In this document: positions 9,428 through 19,777 of the stretch, one piece after another
How the letters are laid out: each line of letters begins with the position of its first letter
Position numbering within the stretch: position 1 is the first letter of the stretch
Notes under the pieces: model-generated
Told to the model about the DNA's origin: nothing
Databases searched by the model: none
The model's input: only the letters and a program-made list of their open reading frames with translations
Translations under genes and position numbers: made by a program
Assembly (NCBI GenBank): GCA_016710165.1
Contig: JADJLJ010000005.1
Span: 10,937-74,936 of the forward strand
Source: Chitinophagaceae bacterium
GTDB lineage: Bacteria > Bacteroidota > Bacteroidia > Chitinophagales > Chitinophagaceae
DNA length: 64,000 nt
Direction: 5' to 3'

Positions 9428-9952
9428 ATGGAAGACTTAAGATACCCGATCGGTAAATATATCGTTCAGCCATTCTCAGATAGGTTATGGCAGGAATGGC
9501 TGGTGGATATAAAGAACCTGCCACAGCACCTGGAAAATGCGGTGCTTAATTTAGACGAATCTCAATTGAATACCCCATACCGTGATGGAGGGTGGACCGT
9601 GAAGCAGCTGGTGCATCACGTGGCGGACAGTCATATGAATGCATACATCCGTTTTAAACTGGGCCTTACGGAAAACAACCCGGCAATAAAACCATACGAT
9701 CAAAGCGCCTGGGCAGAGATGGCCGATACGAAGAACCTGCCTGTAAATATCTCGCTTACTATTTTACATGCCCTGCATGTGCGCTGGTACGAGGTATTGA
9801 AAAATATGAGCCGGGACGAACTGGACAGGACCGTTTTTCATCCCGAACATAAAAAGGAATTTACGCTCTGGGAACTGCTGGGCATGTATGCATGGCACAG
9901 CAGGCACCATGTGGCGCATGTTACGTCATTGAGGGAGCGCATGAAGTGGTAA
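9428..9952 (+). CDS. YfiT/BstA-like bacillithiol transferase (DinB superfamily)
   Basis: LRYPIG, YRDGGWTVKQLVHHVADSHMNAY and YAWHSRHHVAH metal-binding histidines. Confidence 0.9.
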   Translation: MEDLRYPIGKYIVQPFSDRLWQEWLVDIKNLPQHLENAVLNLDESQLNTPYRDGGWTVKQLVHHVADSHMNAYIRFKLGLTENNPAIKPYDQSAWAEMADTKNLPVNISLTILHALHVRWYEVLKNMSRDELDRTVFHPEHKKEFTLWELLGMYAWHSRHHVAHVTSLRERMKW

Positions 9953-9972
9953 TGAATGTTATCCGTTAGTCC

Positions 9973-10052
9973 GTTAATTGGTTAATTCGTTAATTGGTTA
10001 ATCTGTTAATTTGGTAGTACGGATTAACATGTAAACAAATCAACCAATTAAC
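9973..10052. repeat. 5 x 8-bp GTTAATTG-type tandem repeat with a downstream inverted copy
   Basis: GTTAATTG/GTTAATTC/GTTAATTG/GTTAATCT/GTTAATTT at 9973-10012. CAACCAATTAAC at 10041-10052 is its reverse complement. Confidence 0.7.
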
Positions 10053-10058
10053 GTTTCG

Positions 10059-10601
10059 ATGAACTGGAAAACACTTTCTTCAAAATACTTAAGCAAACAC
10101 ATCTATTTTACCGCAAGGGAAGACCGTTGCGAAATGCCGGATGGGACGATTGTGGATCCGTATTTTGTGGTGGAAATGCCCGAATCTGTCTGCGCCATGG
10201 CTGTTACGGAGAACAATGAAGTAATACTTGTAAAACAATACCGCCATCCCATTGAAGCAAGTATCCTGGAATTACCCGGGGGGTTTGTTAACAAGGGCGA
10301 AACAGCTGAAACGGCCATTGCACGGGAGCTCCTGGAAGAAACCGGTTATTGTTTTTCCCATTTCTATTATTTGGGCCGCACGGCAGCAAACCCTGGTGTA
10401 CTGAATAATTTTACAGGCCTTTACCTGGCAACCGGCGGTAAAAAAGTAGCGGAGCAGCGTCTGGATCTTAATGAAGAGATAGAGGCAAAGCTATTTCCGC
10501 TGGAAGAAGTGAGGCAGATGCTTCAGCACAATGAGATCATACAGGCCATGCATGCAATCTGTATGTTTTATGGGTTTAGTAAACTGGATGGACTTAAATA
10601 G
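10059..10601 (+). CDS. NUDIX hydrolase (ADP-ribose pyrophosphatase-like)
   Basis: Nudix box LPGGFVNKGETAETAIARELLEETG; KQYRHP. Confidence 0.92.
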   Translation: MNWKTLSSKYLSKHIYFTAREDRCEMPDGTIVDPYFVVEMPESVCAMAVTENNEVILVKQYRHPIEASILELPGGFVNKGETAETAIARELLEETGYCFSHFYYLGRTAANPGVLNNFTGLYLATGGKKVAEQRLDLNEEIEAKLFPLEEVRQMLQHNEIIQAMHAICMFYGFSKLDGLK

Positions 10602-10738
10602 CGGTGTATGCTCCCGGGCACCAAAACTTCATTTCCGCAAGCAATAAATATACCCTCTGCAGTTCATTACGTTACGTTTCTTCTCCTACCTGGCTTATCT
10701 ACGGCGGTATAGAAGGTGCCGGGACAAATATTCCTCCT

Positions 10739-13700
10739 TTACGCCGGATTTTTCAGTCTCCATTCCTGCGGGGTTACACCATGGTCCTGTTTAAATACCC
10801 GTGCAAAATAACCGGCATCGTTATAGCCGCATTCCCCTGCAATGGTTGCGATGGATAATGCAGGGTCGGCCAGCAGTTCTTTTGCTTTGTTTAAACGCAC
10901 CATGCGGATGAATTTGTTGGGAGAACTGCCGGTAAGCGCTTCCAGTTTCCGGTGCAGTTGGGAATGACTCATAAAGATCAGTTTGCACAACTGCTCCACA
11001 CTGAATTCATAATTGGTAAAATTAGCTTCCACCAGTTCCCTCACTTTCCGTACAAATTCATGCTCTGTTCTTTCATCCGTAACGGGTTGTATCTCTTCAT
11101 TGGAGGATGTTCCGGTGTTATCTGTTATACCGATCTGCTTACTGTAGTAATGCTGCAGGTTTTTCCGGAGCTCCAGTAATTTCTTTATCCGGAGCAGTAA
11201 TTCTTCTTTATGAAACGGCTTTTCGAGGTACACATCGGCGCCTTTTTCAAGGCCTTCCAGTTTGCTCTGCATATCTGCTTTTGCAGTGAGCATGATGATG
11301 GGGATATGACTGGTACGTTCATCCTGCCGCAGTTTACGGCACATTTCAAAGCCATCCACAAATGGCATCATCACATCCGTAATGATCAGGTCAGGGATGC
11401 TGTCTACCGCAATTTCAAAACCCTCTCTGCCGTCTTTACCAACTGCCAGTTTATAATCGGGCAAACAGCTTGCCGTGTAGGCTACCACATCAACATTATC
11501 CTCTACCAATAAGATCAACGGGGCTGCCGTATCGGAATTTGTATTGGCAATTACATGCTGACCTATGTCCCCGTTCCTGGAAATCTCTGTTTTAGTTGGT
11601 TTCAGCACAGCCCCCGGTATGGTTTCATGGGCAGTTGTGCCTGCTTTGTGTAATGGGATGGTTATAATGAATTCTGTTCCCTTTGTTGCACCCACCGGCG
11701 GGCTTTTTACGGATATCGTTCCCTTCATCAATTTTACCAGTTCTTTGGTAAGCGCTAAGCCAATTCCGGTTCCGTCTGCCTTGCGGGTGTGGCTGTTATC
11801 CAACTGGTAAAAACGGTCAAATATATGCTCTAACTGGGTTTCGGGTATACCAATGCCGGTATCTTTTACTTTTAATACCAGGATGGTGGTTTCGGGATCT
11901 GCGGTATTTTCCTGCGAAATGCTGATGTATACATTGCCCGGCGCCGGCGTGAATTTTAATGCGTTGGATAATAAATTGGAAATGATCTGCCGTATCTTTT
12001 CTGCGTCGTAAGCCACTACCAGTTCATCCGTATCTGCTAAAAAGTGAAACTGTTTTTGCTCACTGGCGGCCAGTGATTGAAATGATTCTACCACGTATCG
12101 TAAAAAAGTAATGACATCGCCCTGCACCAGGTTCAGGGTCATTTTACCATCTTCCAGTTTTGACAGGTCCAGCATTTCATTTACCAGGTTCAGCAGGTTT
12201 TCCCCGTTGCGTATGATCATATCCAGGCCTTTGTGTGCATGCTGCTGCGGATCATTTTTTACCTGCTGGGCCATGCCCAGGATAACCGTAAGCGGCGTTC
12301 TGAATTCATGCGTGATGTTGGCATACAGCTGGGTCTTTACCGTATCCAGTTCTTTGATACGCCTGGCTTCCTGTTGTTCAAAGATCAACTGCGATTGCAG
12401 CCTGGCTTTATTTATTCTGAACCTGAAGAAGATCCCTGCCCCGGAAATAAACAACAGGGCATACCCCAGGTAAGCCCACCAGCTAAGCCACCAGGGCGGG
12501 TTTACGATGATCTTTAACGTGGCCGTTTTATTGCTCCATACTCCCTGGCTGTTACTTCCCTGTACTTTAAAAACATATTTGCCGGCCGGCAGATGCAAAT
12601 AGGTGGCAAAACGCCTGGTACCGCTTTCCACCCAGTCTTCATCAATGCCCACCAGTTGATACCGGTATTTATTCTGACCGGGCGCTGTAAAATCAAGCGA
12701 CGAAAATTCAAGCGTTAAAATATCCTGCAAATGATTCAGGGTAATGGATCGTGTTTGTTCAATGGTATGCTGCAGTACGCCGGTCCTGTCGTTGGGCAAA
12801 ACAACCTGGTTGCCCACTAAGATATTGGTGATAAAAACATTGGGGGTGTAACCGTTTTGCAGAACCGCTGCCGGCTTAAAGATATTTATTCCGTTAATGC
12901 CCCCAAACGCAAGCCTGCCATCAGGTAGTTTGGCAAATGCACCGGTGTTGAATTCATCATCCTGTAAGCCGGCGGTCTTTGTGAAATTCCGGAAATGGTA
13001 GGTTGCTTTACCGGCATCCCTGGTTGCCGTCATGCAGAAAATACCTTTATTGGTACTGCCCCAGATATTACCGGCATCATCTGTAAGTATCCCGTACACT
13101 ACGTCATCGGGCAGGCCATCGTTGGTGGTGAGATGAAAAAAATCGCCGTTTGTTTTATCCAGCCTGTTTAAACCACCCCCCTTGGTGGCGATCCAGATGA
13201 ACCGTTCAGGCGATGACGGGTCATCCAGGAAGCAGGAAACAAAATTATAATTCAGCGAATTACGGTTGCTGCTGTTATTTAAAAACCATTGTACCTGCGG
13301 CAACGAAAAGTCATTGTTTGCAATGCGGATCTTTACGAAACCATTTTCTGTACCGATCCAGAATACCCCTTGTTTATCTTCAAACAAAAAAGTGCAGATG
13401 ATCTTAGCGCCCCCGGGGTTGATCGTAATGCTATCCAGTTTGTTTGCTGCTTTATGAACGATGGTAATGGCTCCATCCTGCCCGGGCAGCCAGATATTCC
13501 CTTTGCTGTCTTCCAGGAAGGGCTGCTTTTTGCCAAACGGCTGATTGGAATTTATCTGCGGATAAGGTACCAGTAAATTGGTGGCCGGGTTATAGGAATA
13601 ATATCCTGTTTTATCACTTTTTATCCAGTAATCGTTTGTTGAGGAAATAATAAAATTATCAATCTGGCTTACAGCAGGTGTTTTCCTGAATACATCGGTC

Positions 13701-14833
13701 AGCAATGTATCTTTTTTTAACTGCATCCATTTATAGGCATAATCAACCAGGAAGAGATCGTTACCGGCAGTGGGTACTATTAAGCGTATGCTGTTCCCTT
13801 TGGCCTGTGTTGTAAATATGGTATTGGCTTTATGGTATTTGCGCAAGCCATAGCCAACGGAGCCGCTCCATAATATACCGGAACGGTCGATGATAAACGG
13901 ATAACAGATCCTGGTTGCAGGGTCGATGGGCAGTTTTTCATTCCAGTTTGGTTTTGTGCCCTTTTTCCAACTGCTGATATCGTAAAAATATAATTCCCGG
14001 TGATGAAATTCCCATAACGCACTGTTCGGTTTAAAGATGATATTGCCCTCGGGCCACCGGCCGGTATCAAACAAAGGGATGATGTCTTTTCCATCATCCA
14101 GGAAAAGGTTGTTGTTTATTACAACAGATCCATCTTTATTGAGATAGCCATTATTGTACAGTTTCCCGCCGGGTAATGGCGTAAAGCTGTTTTTTTTGTA
14201 ATCGAACTGGTAGATGGTACCATCCATGCCACCGATCCAGATATTGCCATTCTTATCTTTTCCCATACCATATACCTGTTTATTATTGGGCAGGGAAAGC
14301 CGGGTAACAGGCGGGGCAGAGTCTTTGTCAAAAAGATCGGGCGTAATGGTCACAATGTTGAGCCCCGCGGCATCTGTAGCAACCAGTATCCTCCCATCGG
14401 GTATTTCTTCAATGGCCTTGATACCGTTTCCCGAAAGACTGGACGGGTTTGATGGAATATGGGTTACGCGGTAAAAAATGCCGGTTCTTTTGTCATAAAT
14501 ATTCACCCCGGCATTTTCAGTACCGGCCCATATCCTGCCTTTACTGTCTTCAAACAGTTTACTGATGGTATTGCTGCTGAGGGAGTGTATATTATAGGGG
14601 TCATTCGTAAAAACCTTAAAACTATAACCGTCATACCTGTTTAACCCGTCTTTGGTGGCTACCCAGATAAAATCGTCCGCATCCTGCAGCATGTCAAATA
14701 CCATCCCTTGCGATAAACCATGGGCAATGGAAATGCTTTCGTAGTCTTTTTCCTTTTGGGCAAATGAAACAAAGGCCAGGCAAATACAGGCGATCGTAGT
14801 AAGCAAGGTAAAACGGAAACCGGTTTTGCGCAT
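10739..14833 (-). CDS. Hybrid two-component sensor kinase/response regulator (beta-propeller, Y_Y_Y, HisKA, HATPase, REC, AraC HTH)
   Basis: Propeller repeats (GLNRYDG, IWAGT), HEFRTPLT, GTGIGL, LLVEDN, DVMMP and the C-terminal AraC motif IAGECGYNDAGYFARVFK. Confidence 0.95.
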   Translation of the reverse strand: MRKTGFRFTLLTTIACICLAFVSFAQKEKDYESISIAHGLSQGMVFDMLQDADDFIWVATKDGLNRYDGYSFKVFTNDPYNIHSLSSNTISKLFEDSKGRIWAGTENAGVNIYDKRTGIFYRVTHIPSNPSSLSGNGIKAIEEIPDGRILVATDAAGLNIVTITPDLFDKDSAPPVTRLSLPNNKQVYGMGKDKNGNIWIGGMDGTIYQFDYKKNSFTPLPGGKLYNNGYLNKDGSVVINNNLFLDDGKDIIPLFDTGRWPEGNIIFKPNSALWEFHHRELYFYDISSWKKGTKPNWNEKLPIDPATRICYPFIIDRSGILWSGSVGYGLRKYHKANTIFTTQAKGNSIRLIVPTAGNDLFLVDYAYKWMQLKKDTLLTDVFRKTPAVSQIDNFIISSTNDYWIKSDKTGYYSYNPATNLLVPYPQINSNQPFGKKQPFLEDSKGNIWLPGQDGAITIVHKAANKLDSITINPGGAKIICTFLFEDKQGVFWIGTENGFVKIRIANNDFSLPQVQWFLNNSSNRNSLNYNFVSCFLDDPSSPERFIWIATKGGGLNRLDKTNGDFFHLTTNDGLPDDVVYGILTDDAGNIWGSTNKGIFCMTATRDAGKATYHFRNFTKTAGLQDDEFNTGAFAKLPDGRLAFGGINGINIFKPAAVLQNGYTPNVFITNILVGNQVVLPNDRTGVLQHTIEQTRSITLNHLQDILTLEFSSLDFTAPGQNKYRYQLVGIDEDWVESGTRRFATYLHLPAGKYVFKVQGSNSQGVWSNKTATLKIIVNPPWWLSWWAYLGYALLFISGAGIFFRFRINKARLQSQLIFEQQEARRIKELDTVKTQLYANITHEFRTPLTVILGMAQQVKNDPQQHAHKGLDMIIRNGENLLNLVNEMLDLSKLEDGKMTLNLVQGDVITFLRYVVESFQSLAASEQKQFHFLADTDELVVAYDAEKIRQIISNLLSNALKFTPAPGNVYISISQENTADPETTILVLKVKDTGIGIPETQLEHIFDRFYQLDNSHTRKADGTGIGLALTKELVKLMKGTISVKSPPVGATKGTEFIITIPLHKAGTTAHETIPGAVLKPTKTEISRNGDIGQHVIANTNSDTAAPLILLVEDNVDVVAYTASCLPDYKLAVGKDGREGFEIAVDSIPDLIITDVMMPFVDGFEMCRKLRQDERTSHIPIIMLTAKADMQSKLEGLEKGADVYLEKPFHKEELLLRIKKLLELRKNLQHYYSKQIGITDNTGTSSNEEIQPVTDERTEHEFVRKVRELVEANFTNYEFSVEQLCKLIFMSHSQLHRKLEALTGSSPNKFIRMVRLNKAKELLADPALSIATIAGECGYNDAGYFARVFKQDHGVTPQEWRLKNPA

Positions 14834-15069
14834 AGGTTATAAAGATAATTGCATTCCGGTTTTTTTATACTGCCGGGTAAAACAAAAATGACCTGGCGGG
14901 GCAAAATGATGAATTTATCCTGTTGCTGCACAGTTTGTCCGGTTAAATGCTCAGTATATAGGGTAGAATGTCAGGTTTGTACTAACAAAAAACCGGTTCC
15001 GAGCAGACCTTTGTTTTGTCAAAATTGAACTCCAATTGTTGGCTTTTATTCACTACTAAATGTTTTAAC

Positions 15070-15822
15070 ATGCAAAAGAACAACCAATCCAGATTAAAAA
15101 TGAAGATCAGCATTCTTCTTGCAATGCTCCTGCCCATACTTGGTATCGGCCAAACCCAAAATGTGATCTCCACCCAACGGGTTTTCCCCAAAATGGACAA
15201 AGTGATGGAATTTGAAAAAGCGCTGGCAGCCCACGCCCAGAAATACCATAATAGTGGTAAGGTACAGTGGCGGGTATTTGCCATACAGTCCGGACCCGAT
15301 ATGGGCGGCTATCACATCACGGAAGGACCAACCAGTTGGGAAGATGAGGATACAAGGGGCGACCTGGGTACCGAGCATATGGTAGACTGGAATAAAAATG
15401 TATCTGCTTACTTAACAGACAGGCAATCGGGTGGTTATTCGGTTTATCTCGATTCATTAAGTACCGTGGCATTGGGCGATTTTTCTGATAAGATCAATAT
15501 TACCCACGTATATCCCAAAGTGGGTAAGAGCGAGAATGTGGTCAGCATCATAAAAAAATTGAAAAAGACCTGGACAGCAGCCGGGGTAACCGTTGCTGTT
15601 TACACCGCCAGTTCTTCCGGGAAGGCGCAGTATACCGTGGTAACAAGATATAAGCAGGGTTTAAAGGAGCGGGCAGCCGGTTTTCGTAAACCATTCAGGG
15701 AAACCTATGAATCTGTGAACGGAGAAGGTTCTTATGCTCAGTACCTGAAAGACCTTGCTGAATATGTTGACGAAAGCTGGAGTGAATTACTGTTCATGCG
15801 TAAAGATCTGGGTTCAAAATAA
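15070..15822 (+). CDS. Secreted hypothetical protein, apparently two tandem alpha/beta-barrel-like modules
   Basis: Signal peptide MKISILLAMLLPILGIG; two similar segments beginning RVFPK and HVYPK. Divergent from the HTCS. Confidence 0.7.
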   Translation: MQKNNQSRLKMKISILLAMLLPILGIGQTQNVISTQRVFPKMDKVMEFEKALAAHAQKYHNSGKVQWRVFAIQSGPDMGGYHITEGPTSWEDEDTRGDLGTEHMVDWNKNVSAYLTDRQSGGYSVYLDSLSTVALGDFSDKINITHVYPKVGKSENVVSIIKKLKKTWTAAGVTVAVYTASSSGKAQYTVVTRYKQGLKERAAGFRKPFRETYESVNGEGSYAQYLKDLAEYVDESWSELLFMRKDLGSK

Positions 15823-15940
15823 TAAAGGTATCCGGGAAAATACTCAGCCGGTATTAACCGGCAACCCTCAGGCTCTTAACCGGTGGAGGAGTGATCTGAT
15901 GCACTCCTCCTTTATTTATTCATTTAAAGCAAGTGATAAA

Positions 15941-17290
15941 ATGCAACCTTCGGTAAGCATCCCGTTAAAGAAAGGCAACAACCTGCCGGCCCTTTCTGAT
16001 AATACCTTTTTAAGGTATTTCAACTTTATTGCTTTGTATTTTGCACAAGGCGTTCCTGAAGGGATGTTGTTCTTCGGGATCCCGGCCTGGATGGCCATGA
16101 ATGGTAAAACAGCAGGCGAGATCGCGGGCTTTGCCATTGTATGCGGACTTCCCTGGAGTTTTAAATTCATCGTGGCGCCGCTGATGGACCGGTATACGTA
16201 TTTACCGATGGGACGTAAAAGGCCCTGGGTTATATTTGGCCAGTTGGGGTTGATGGCAGGTTGTATCGCCATGGCTTATCTGCCCGACCCCTTAAACAAC
16301 CTGAACCTGTTGATGGCAGCAGGTTTTGTGATATCTTTCTTTGGGGCTTTCCAGGATGTAGCAACGGATGGAATGGCGGTTGATATTATTCCCATTCACC
16401 AACAGGCCCGGGCCAATGGTTTGATGTGGGGTTCAAAAATAATCGGCATATCTGCATCCCTGGCCCTGGGCAGCTGGCTTCTGAACAAATACAGTTTCTC
16501 CGTTGCTATACTGATGCTTGCACTGGTGATCGGTACCATTATGCTGGTCCCCGTCTTTTTAAGGGAGCGGCAGGGAGAAAAGATCGTACCCTGGTCAGCA
16601 GGGGCGGCAGCTCCGGAAACCAAAAAAATGCAGTTGGGCAGCTGGGCCACTATTTTCAGATCGCTGTACCGGGTTTTCAGTTTACGCAATTCCCTGTTGC
16701 TGACATCCATATTGTTTGTAGCCCAGGGTGCATATAATTATATTGATACAGCGTTGCCCATTTTTACCGTGAAGGCTTTGGGCTGGACCAATGTTACCTA
16801 TTCGCAATACTATGCAAGCGCCAAACTGATCGGGGGGATCGGCGGTATGCTCATCGGGGGTATCCTGATCGACCGGTTCGGTAAAAAGAATATGATGAGT
16901 ATTTATTTTTTCTTCATGATCCTGTTAACTTCCGGGCTGGCATTCTTAAAAACATTTTGGGTAAGCACCGCCTTAATTTACGGCTTTATGATCCTGCATA
17001 ACGTATTGTACACATTTGCCTGTATCGGCATTTTTGCCATTGCCATGCAATGTTGCTGGAAGAAGGTCTCGGCCAGCCAGTTTACATTATACATGACCAT
17101 TGGTAACCTGGGGCGTATTGCTTTTGCTGCGCTGCTGGGCCCCATAAAGGCAAATTTCAGTTGGGAGATCACGCTGTTCTCTTTTGCCGTTATGATTGCA
17201 GTGGCCTTATTGCTGCTGCGTTTTTTGAATATCAATAAACAGGTGGCAAGCATCATTCATATAAACAGTAAAGATCCGCATGCCGGGTAA
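15941..17290 (+). CDS. MFS transporter, AmpG-like
   Basis: LYFAQGVP, PWSFKFIVAPLMDR and FQDVATDGMAVD; about 12 hydrophobic segments. Confidence 0.87.
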   Translation: MQPSVSIPLKKGNNLPALSDNTFLRYFNFIALYFAQGVPEGMLFFGIPAWMAMNGKTAGEIAGFAIVCGLPWSFKFIVAPLMDRYTYLPMGRKRPWVIFGQLGLMAGCIAMAYLPDPLNNLNLLMAAGFVISFFGAFQDVATDGMAVDIIPIHQQARANGLMWGSKIIGISASLALGSWLLNKYSFSVAILMLALVIGTIMLVPVFLRERQGEKIVPWSAGAAAPETKKMQLGSWATIFRSLYRVFSLRNSLLLTSILFVAQGAYNYIDTALPIFTVKALGWTNVTYSQYYASAKLIGGIGGMLIGGILIDRFGKKNMMSIYFFFMILLTSGLAFLKTFWVSTALIYGFMILHNVLYTFACIGIFAIAMQCCWKKVSASQFTLYMTIGNLGRIAFAALLGPIKANFSWEITLFSFAVMIAVALLLLRFLNINKQVASIIHINSKDPHAG

Positions 17291-17368
17291 TGTAAAGCCT
17301 GCGAAATGCGTACGGTATTTGTTGAATGTGTAAACGTTGTGGCAATGGCTGTAATGTACTGATCCAGT

Positions 17369-18664
17369 TCAATACGCAACTTCTCCAACCAGGAAAACGC
17401 TGCCGCAGACCACAATGGTATCTGTATGAGCTGCCTGTTGCCTTGCGTATGCAATGGCCGCATTTACATCATCAAAACCATCCCCGGTTAATTGATGGGC
17501 CCGTGCCTTTTGCCTTAACTCGGTATGTGGTAATGCCCTGGGTATATGCGCATTGGTAAAGTAATAATGTGCATTTTTGGGTAACAGGGAAAGCAGTTTT
17601 TCAACATCTTTATCTTTTACCAGTCCGAGTATAAAATGATAACTGCCCGCATCGGGGCACACGAGGGATAACTGGCCAAGCACCTGTTTCATTCCGTCTT
17701 CATTATGGGCTACATCAATTACAACGGTTGGATCTTTTGCAATCACCTCCCAGCGGCCGTGTAAACCGGTGAGTCTTTTCACATTGGCCAACGCGGTCTT
17801 TTCGCCGGGTTTTGTAAGAATAAAGGCCTTGGTCCTTAAAATGTCTGCAGCACATAAAGCGGTGCATATATTTTTAGCCTGGTATATGCCGTTCAGGTCT
17901 GATCTGAAATGTCCGGTTGTGTTATGGGTTGTATGGGTTACATCCAGGGAAAGAAAATCTGCCGCATACTGGATGCCGGTTGCCTTGTATTCATCCTGTA
18001 CAAAATGAATGGGTGCATTCACTTCCTTTGCTTTGTTGAGGAATATGCTTTTTGTTTCAGGCAGGTATTCGCCAATAACAACCGGTACTCCTGGTTTGAT
18101 GATGCCGGCCTTTTCGGCAGCGATCTCTTCCAGCGTGTTACCCAGTATGTTCATGTGGTCGTAACCGATGTTGGTAATGATGGAAAGTATGGGGGTGATG
18201 ATGTTCGTACTGTCCAGCCTTCCACCCAGGCCGGTCTCTACTACGGCGATATCAACCTTTTCTTTTTCAAAATAATCAAACGCCATCGCCACGGTGAGTT
18301 CAAAGAAAGAAGGCTGGATCTCGTCAGTCAGGGCTTTTGTACTTTCCACAAAATCTACCACAAATTCTTTCCGGATCATTTCGCCATCCACTTTTATGCG
18401 CTCCCGGAAATCCTTTAAGTGCGGGGAGGTATAGAGACCGGTCTTATATCCTGCCTGCTGCAATATGGCTGCCAGCATGTGACTGGTGCTGCCCTTGCCG
18501 TTGGTGCCGGCAATATGTATGCTTTTGAATCTTTTTTGCGGATCGCCGATCGCTTTACAAAGGGCAATGGTATTGTGCAGGTCTTTCTTATATGCCGCTG
18601 CGCCGATACGGCTGAACATGGGGAGCTGTGCATATAAATGATCAATGGTCTGCTGATAGTTCAT
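17369..18664 (-). CDS. folC: Bifunctional folylpolyglutamate/dihydrofolate synthase
   Basis: HIAGTNGKGS, GLYTSPHL, ETGLGGRLDSTN, EKAGIIK and DVAHN. Confidence 0.96.
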   Translation of the reverse strand: MNYQQTIDHLYAQLPMFSRIGAAAYKKDLHNTIALCKAIGDPQKRFKSIHIAGTNGKGSTSHMLAAILQQAGYKTGLYTSPHLKDFRERIKVDGEMIRKEFVVDFVESTKALTDEIQPSFFELTVAMAFDYFEKEKVDIAVVETGLGGRLDSTNIITPILSIITNIGYDHMNILGNTLEEIAAEKAGIIKPGVPVVIGEYLPETKSIFLNKAKEVNAPIHFVQDEYKATGIQYAADFLSLDVTHTTHNTTGHFRSDLNGIYQAKNICTALCAADILRTKAFILTKPGEKTALANVKRLTGLHGRWEVIAKDPTVVIDVAHNEDGMKQVLGQLSLVCPDAGSYHFILGLVKDKDVEKLLSLLPKNAHYYFTNAHIPRALPHTELRQKARAHQLTGDGFDDVNAAIAYARQQAAHTDTIVVCGSVFLVGEVAY

Positions 18665-18700
18665 CGGCACAAATATAAACACGATGTAACTGAAACAGGA

Positions 18701-19519
18701 TTATTGTTCCCGGAAGTTGAACGGAACGGTCACAATGGACTCGTGGTCTGATTTATTGAACTCAATATTGGGAAGGTAACCCCGTATGGCATTCGCATAT
18801 TTCGGATCGGCGCTGGTTGAACCTTTGTCGAACGTAACAAAGGTTCCCCTTCCTGCCGGAGAAACTTTTATGATGGCATTGATGGTAGCCCTCGGGAGGT
18901 CGCCCATGAAAATATAATTATTTACAATGGTACGGTCGCCCTTTGATACCCTCAGTGCGCCACCCGTTCTTCCACCCGGGTTGTTCCCATAACTATCCGG
19001 TTTACCCGTCGGGCTTCCTGCATCGCCTTTTCCACCCGGGTTATTTCCCTGGTATTTATAACCATTGTCTTCCGTGGCGCCATTGCCGGTACCATTCTTT
19101 GGTCCGCCATACCCGGCTATCTTCGGTTTCTGCGGTTTGGGTTCGGGTTTGGTAACAACCGGTGTTGGTTCCTTTACTTTCACGGTTGTCTTTACCGGGG
19201 TTTTAACCGGCGCTGATTCTTTATCTGCCAGGTCATCGGTCTTTGTATCTTCAACCGCCGGTGTTTTTACCGCCGCCGTCTTTGGTTGTTCTGCATTTTC
19301 TTCCCCGGGAGATCTTTCGCCTTTTACCAATGGCTGTACTTCGCCATAACCTTCTGCATTATTGCCCAGGTTGATCTCGATCAGGTCTTGTAAAACAGGG
19401 GGTGGGGTATGCTGGTGTGTCCAGGAGATGAGAAAGGCCAGCAACAGCAAACTGCCACAGATGATGACTGTGTAGATTAATGCTTTCCGGTTCTTTTCTG
19501 TTTCAAATGTTGCTGACAT
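18701..19519 (-). CDS. TonB/TolA-like membrane-anchored Pro/Lys-rich protein
   Basis: One N-terminal TM helix, a KEPTPVVTKPEPKPQKPK linker, a Gly-rich stretch and a C-terminal beta/alpha domain. Confidence 0.6.
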   Translation of the reverse strand: MSATFETEKNRKALIYTVIICGSLLLLAFLISWTHQHTPPPVLQDLIEINLGNNAEGYGEVQPLVKGERSPGEENAEQPKTAAVKTPAVEDTKTDDLADKESAPVKTPVKTTVKVKEPTPVVTKPEPKPQKPKIAGYGGPKNGTGNGATEDNGYKYQGNNPGGKGDAGSPTGKPDSYGNNPGGRTGGALRVSKGDRTIVNNYIFMGDLPRATINAIIKVSPAGRGTFVTFDKGSTSADPKYANAIRGYLPNIEFNKSDHESIVTVPFNFREQ

Positions 19520-19777
19520 GAAGCTGGTATACATCCCAAAGTTATTTAATTACCGGCAAACGATACAATACCGTGCCGTATTTAATGATGATTGTTAAGG
19601 TTTTAACAAATCTGAAACTCCGGCGGGATCTTACTGAAAAAATATCCTTGACATTGGCCGGGATTCGCCGTACTTTTCTTCTGGCTTTACAACGGCTAAG
19701 GCATTTCTTCATGAGTAACCAGGTACCCCGCCTGCTTCTTTAACTGCCCGTTCTTCGGCTTGCTTAAATTCTTTATT

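Noticed and set aside
19640-19777. Riboswitch in the long leader of the Cys-rich secreted protein
   Set aside because: I could not match any known aptamer consensus or a terminator/antiterminator pair.
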